Source: Octopus vulgaris (Eukaryota). Taken from it: a stretch of DNA of 64,000 nt. The stretch spans positions 73,160,001 through 73,224,000 of the forward strand of contig OX597817.1 of assembly GCA_951406725.2 (NCBI GenBank), written 5' to 3'. This document shows, one piece after another, positions 62,771 through 64,000 of the stretch (position 1 is its first letter; each line of letters starts with the position of its first letter). Under the pieces are notes generated by a model. That model searched no databases, was not told the origin of the DNA, and was given only the letters and a program-made list of their open reading frames with translations. Position numbers and translations under genes: made by a program.

Positions 62771-64000
62771 GGGTTACAGACACAAAAAAAGTTACATGAG
62801 ATAACATGATAACCTAGTGTATTTTAAAAGTTGAATGAAATGTCTTTCATCTTAGGTTAATGAGGATTGACTTGATACTAAACAGCAGAAAAAAAGGAAT
62901 GCAATTAACAAGAACAATCTGTCCATTGCTACCACTAACAACCCATCAACTTTTGAATAACCAGCTGGCAACTACAGTATGTCAGCACAATAGCAATATC
63001 TGTAGATACATAGGTTTTATGTCAACACAGTGGATGTGTGTGAGTAGAGTGTGGAGTTTTTATGTCTAAAGTCCAGGGTGCAAAGGAAAAAGTGTCCATA
63101 GATCTGATAACCCTTGAACTAACTGCAATCATGCAGTGCTTCCTCCCATCTCACTTCTTCACTCTTTCAACTCCTCATTTCCATACTTATGATAACAATT
63201 ATTTTGCTTTCACAAAGCAGTTCTTTCCAGGTGCAATCCTCTTTTGCTACATATTTGATGTAGATAATTTTTGATCTCTGACATTATTTGATTTAACTAC
63301 AATTCACGATGCCTGGAAAGAAACGATCAAATGGAAAACAACGTTGTAATGCAAAAAGGAACCATAAAAAGATTACACTGGATTTTAAACTTGATATAGG
63401 AGAAAAACCTTGGAAATTCTGCAATATGACAATACAGAGATAATTAAGTCAAGTTCTCAGGGTATTATTCAATCAGGCTGACAGAGAAGATTTCCTCTGT
63501 ACTAAGTGTAGTTAATAGCTAGAGTACTTGTAAAGTTAACTTCTTCATCTGTTTAAAAGATATCCTAAAAGAGTTGACAGCTTTTGTAACTTTGGTGACC
63601 TAATCAACAGTGGAAGCTGGTGTTCTGAAAGTATTGTAGCCAGAAGAGGAACTGGGAGGAATAAGAATAGGGAGCTATTACCTTTGTTGACAATAGAGGA
63701 GGTCCTCTCTCTAAGCAAAGGGATGATTGTATGATGCTTATAAATAAAGTGTGATGTTACATAATAGCAAAACATGCACATTGAATGTGGAGGATCTGTA
63801 AAGGCTGGTGTAAAATGAAGCAACCATGCTTCACTTTACTGGATTTGTAATGTTAGTGTGGATGTAGAAGCAAGATGAGTGATTTGAGAGAAAAATTAGG
63901 CATAAGAAGAATAAGAAACTGTGCTGATATAAACATGTGTTGTATATAAATGAGACAGCAGAGTAAAGAAATCCAAATGAAGGGAAGAAATGGTGGGAGC

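Noticed and set aside
63200-64000. Possible decayed LINE ORF on the minus strand (ORF 63545..63823)
   Set aside because: No RT or endonuclease motif recognised, and the window edge truncates it.

Overview
AT-rich, repeat-dense eukaryotic DNA. The SINE families resemble those known from octopods, so Octopus sp. is the likely source (inferred, not database-checked). The only host gene I can support is the 3' half of an AEBP2/jing orthologue (PRC2 cofactor) on the + strand. It has three coding exons (30217-30341, 37925-37992, 44988-45135) that splice in frame and match the remembered human AEBP2 C-terminus, then a long 3' UTR. I found no zinc-finger exon in 1-30216, so that stretch is probably one intron of at least 30 kb. 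The rest is mobile DNA: tRNA-derived and tail-type SINEs, piggyBac/hAT MITEs, a Helitron, mariner, maT (DD37D) and Tc2-like elements, and a GC-rich Neptune-type Penelope element inside a four-element nest. Best leads: (1) a 67-nt exon-like unit with stops in all three frames (candidate poison exon), plus two cryptic acceptors; (2) about nine TACTAAC-like branch-point/STAR-protein motifs right after the stop codon; (3) a TSD-flanked fold-back retroposon forming a 170-bp hairpin, and a ~300-bp inverted duplication, both intronic; (4) minimal hammerhead ribozyme motifs, one with an unusual core. Nearly all ORF-track entries are repeat or microsatellite noise. All alignments were done by eye, and repeat boundaries are approximate unless TSD/TIR evidence is given.
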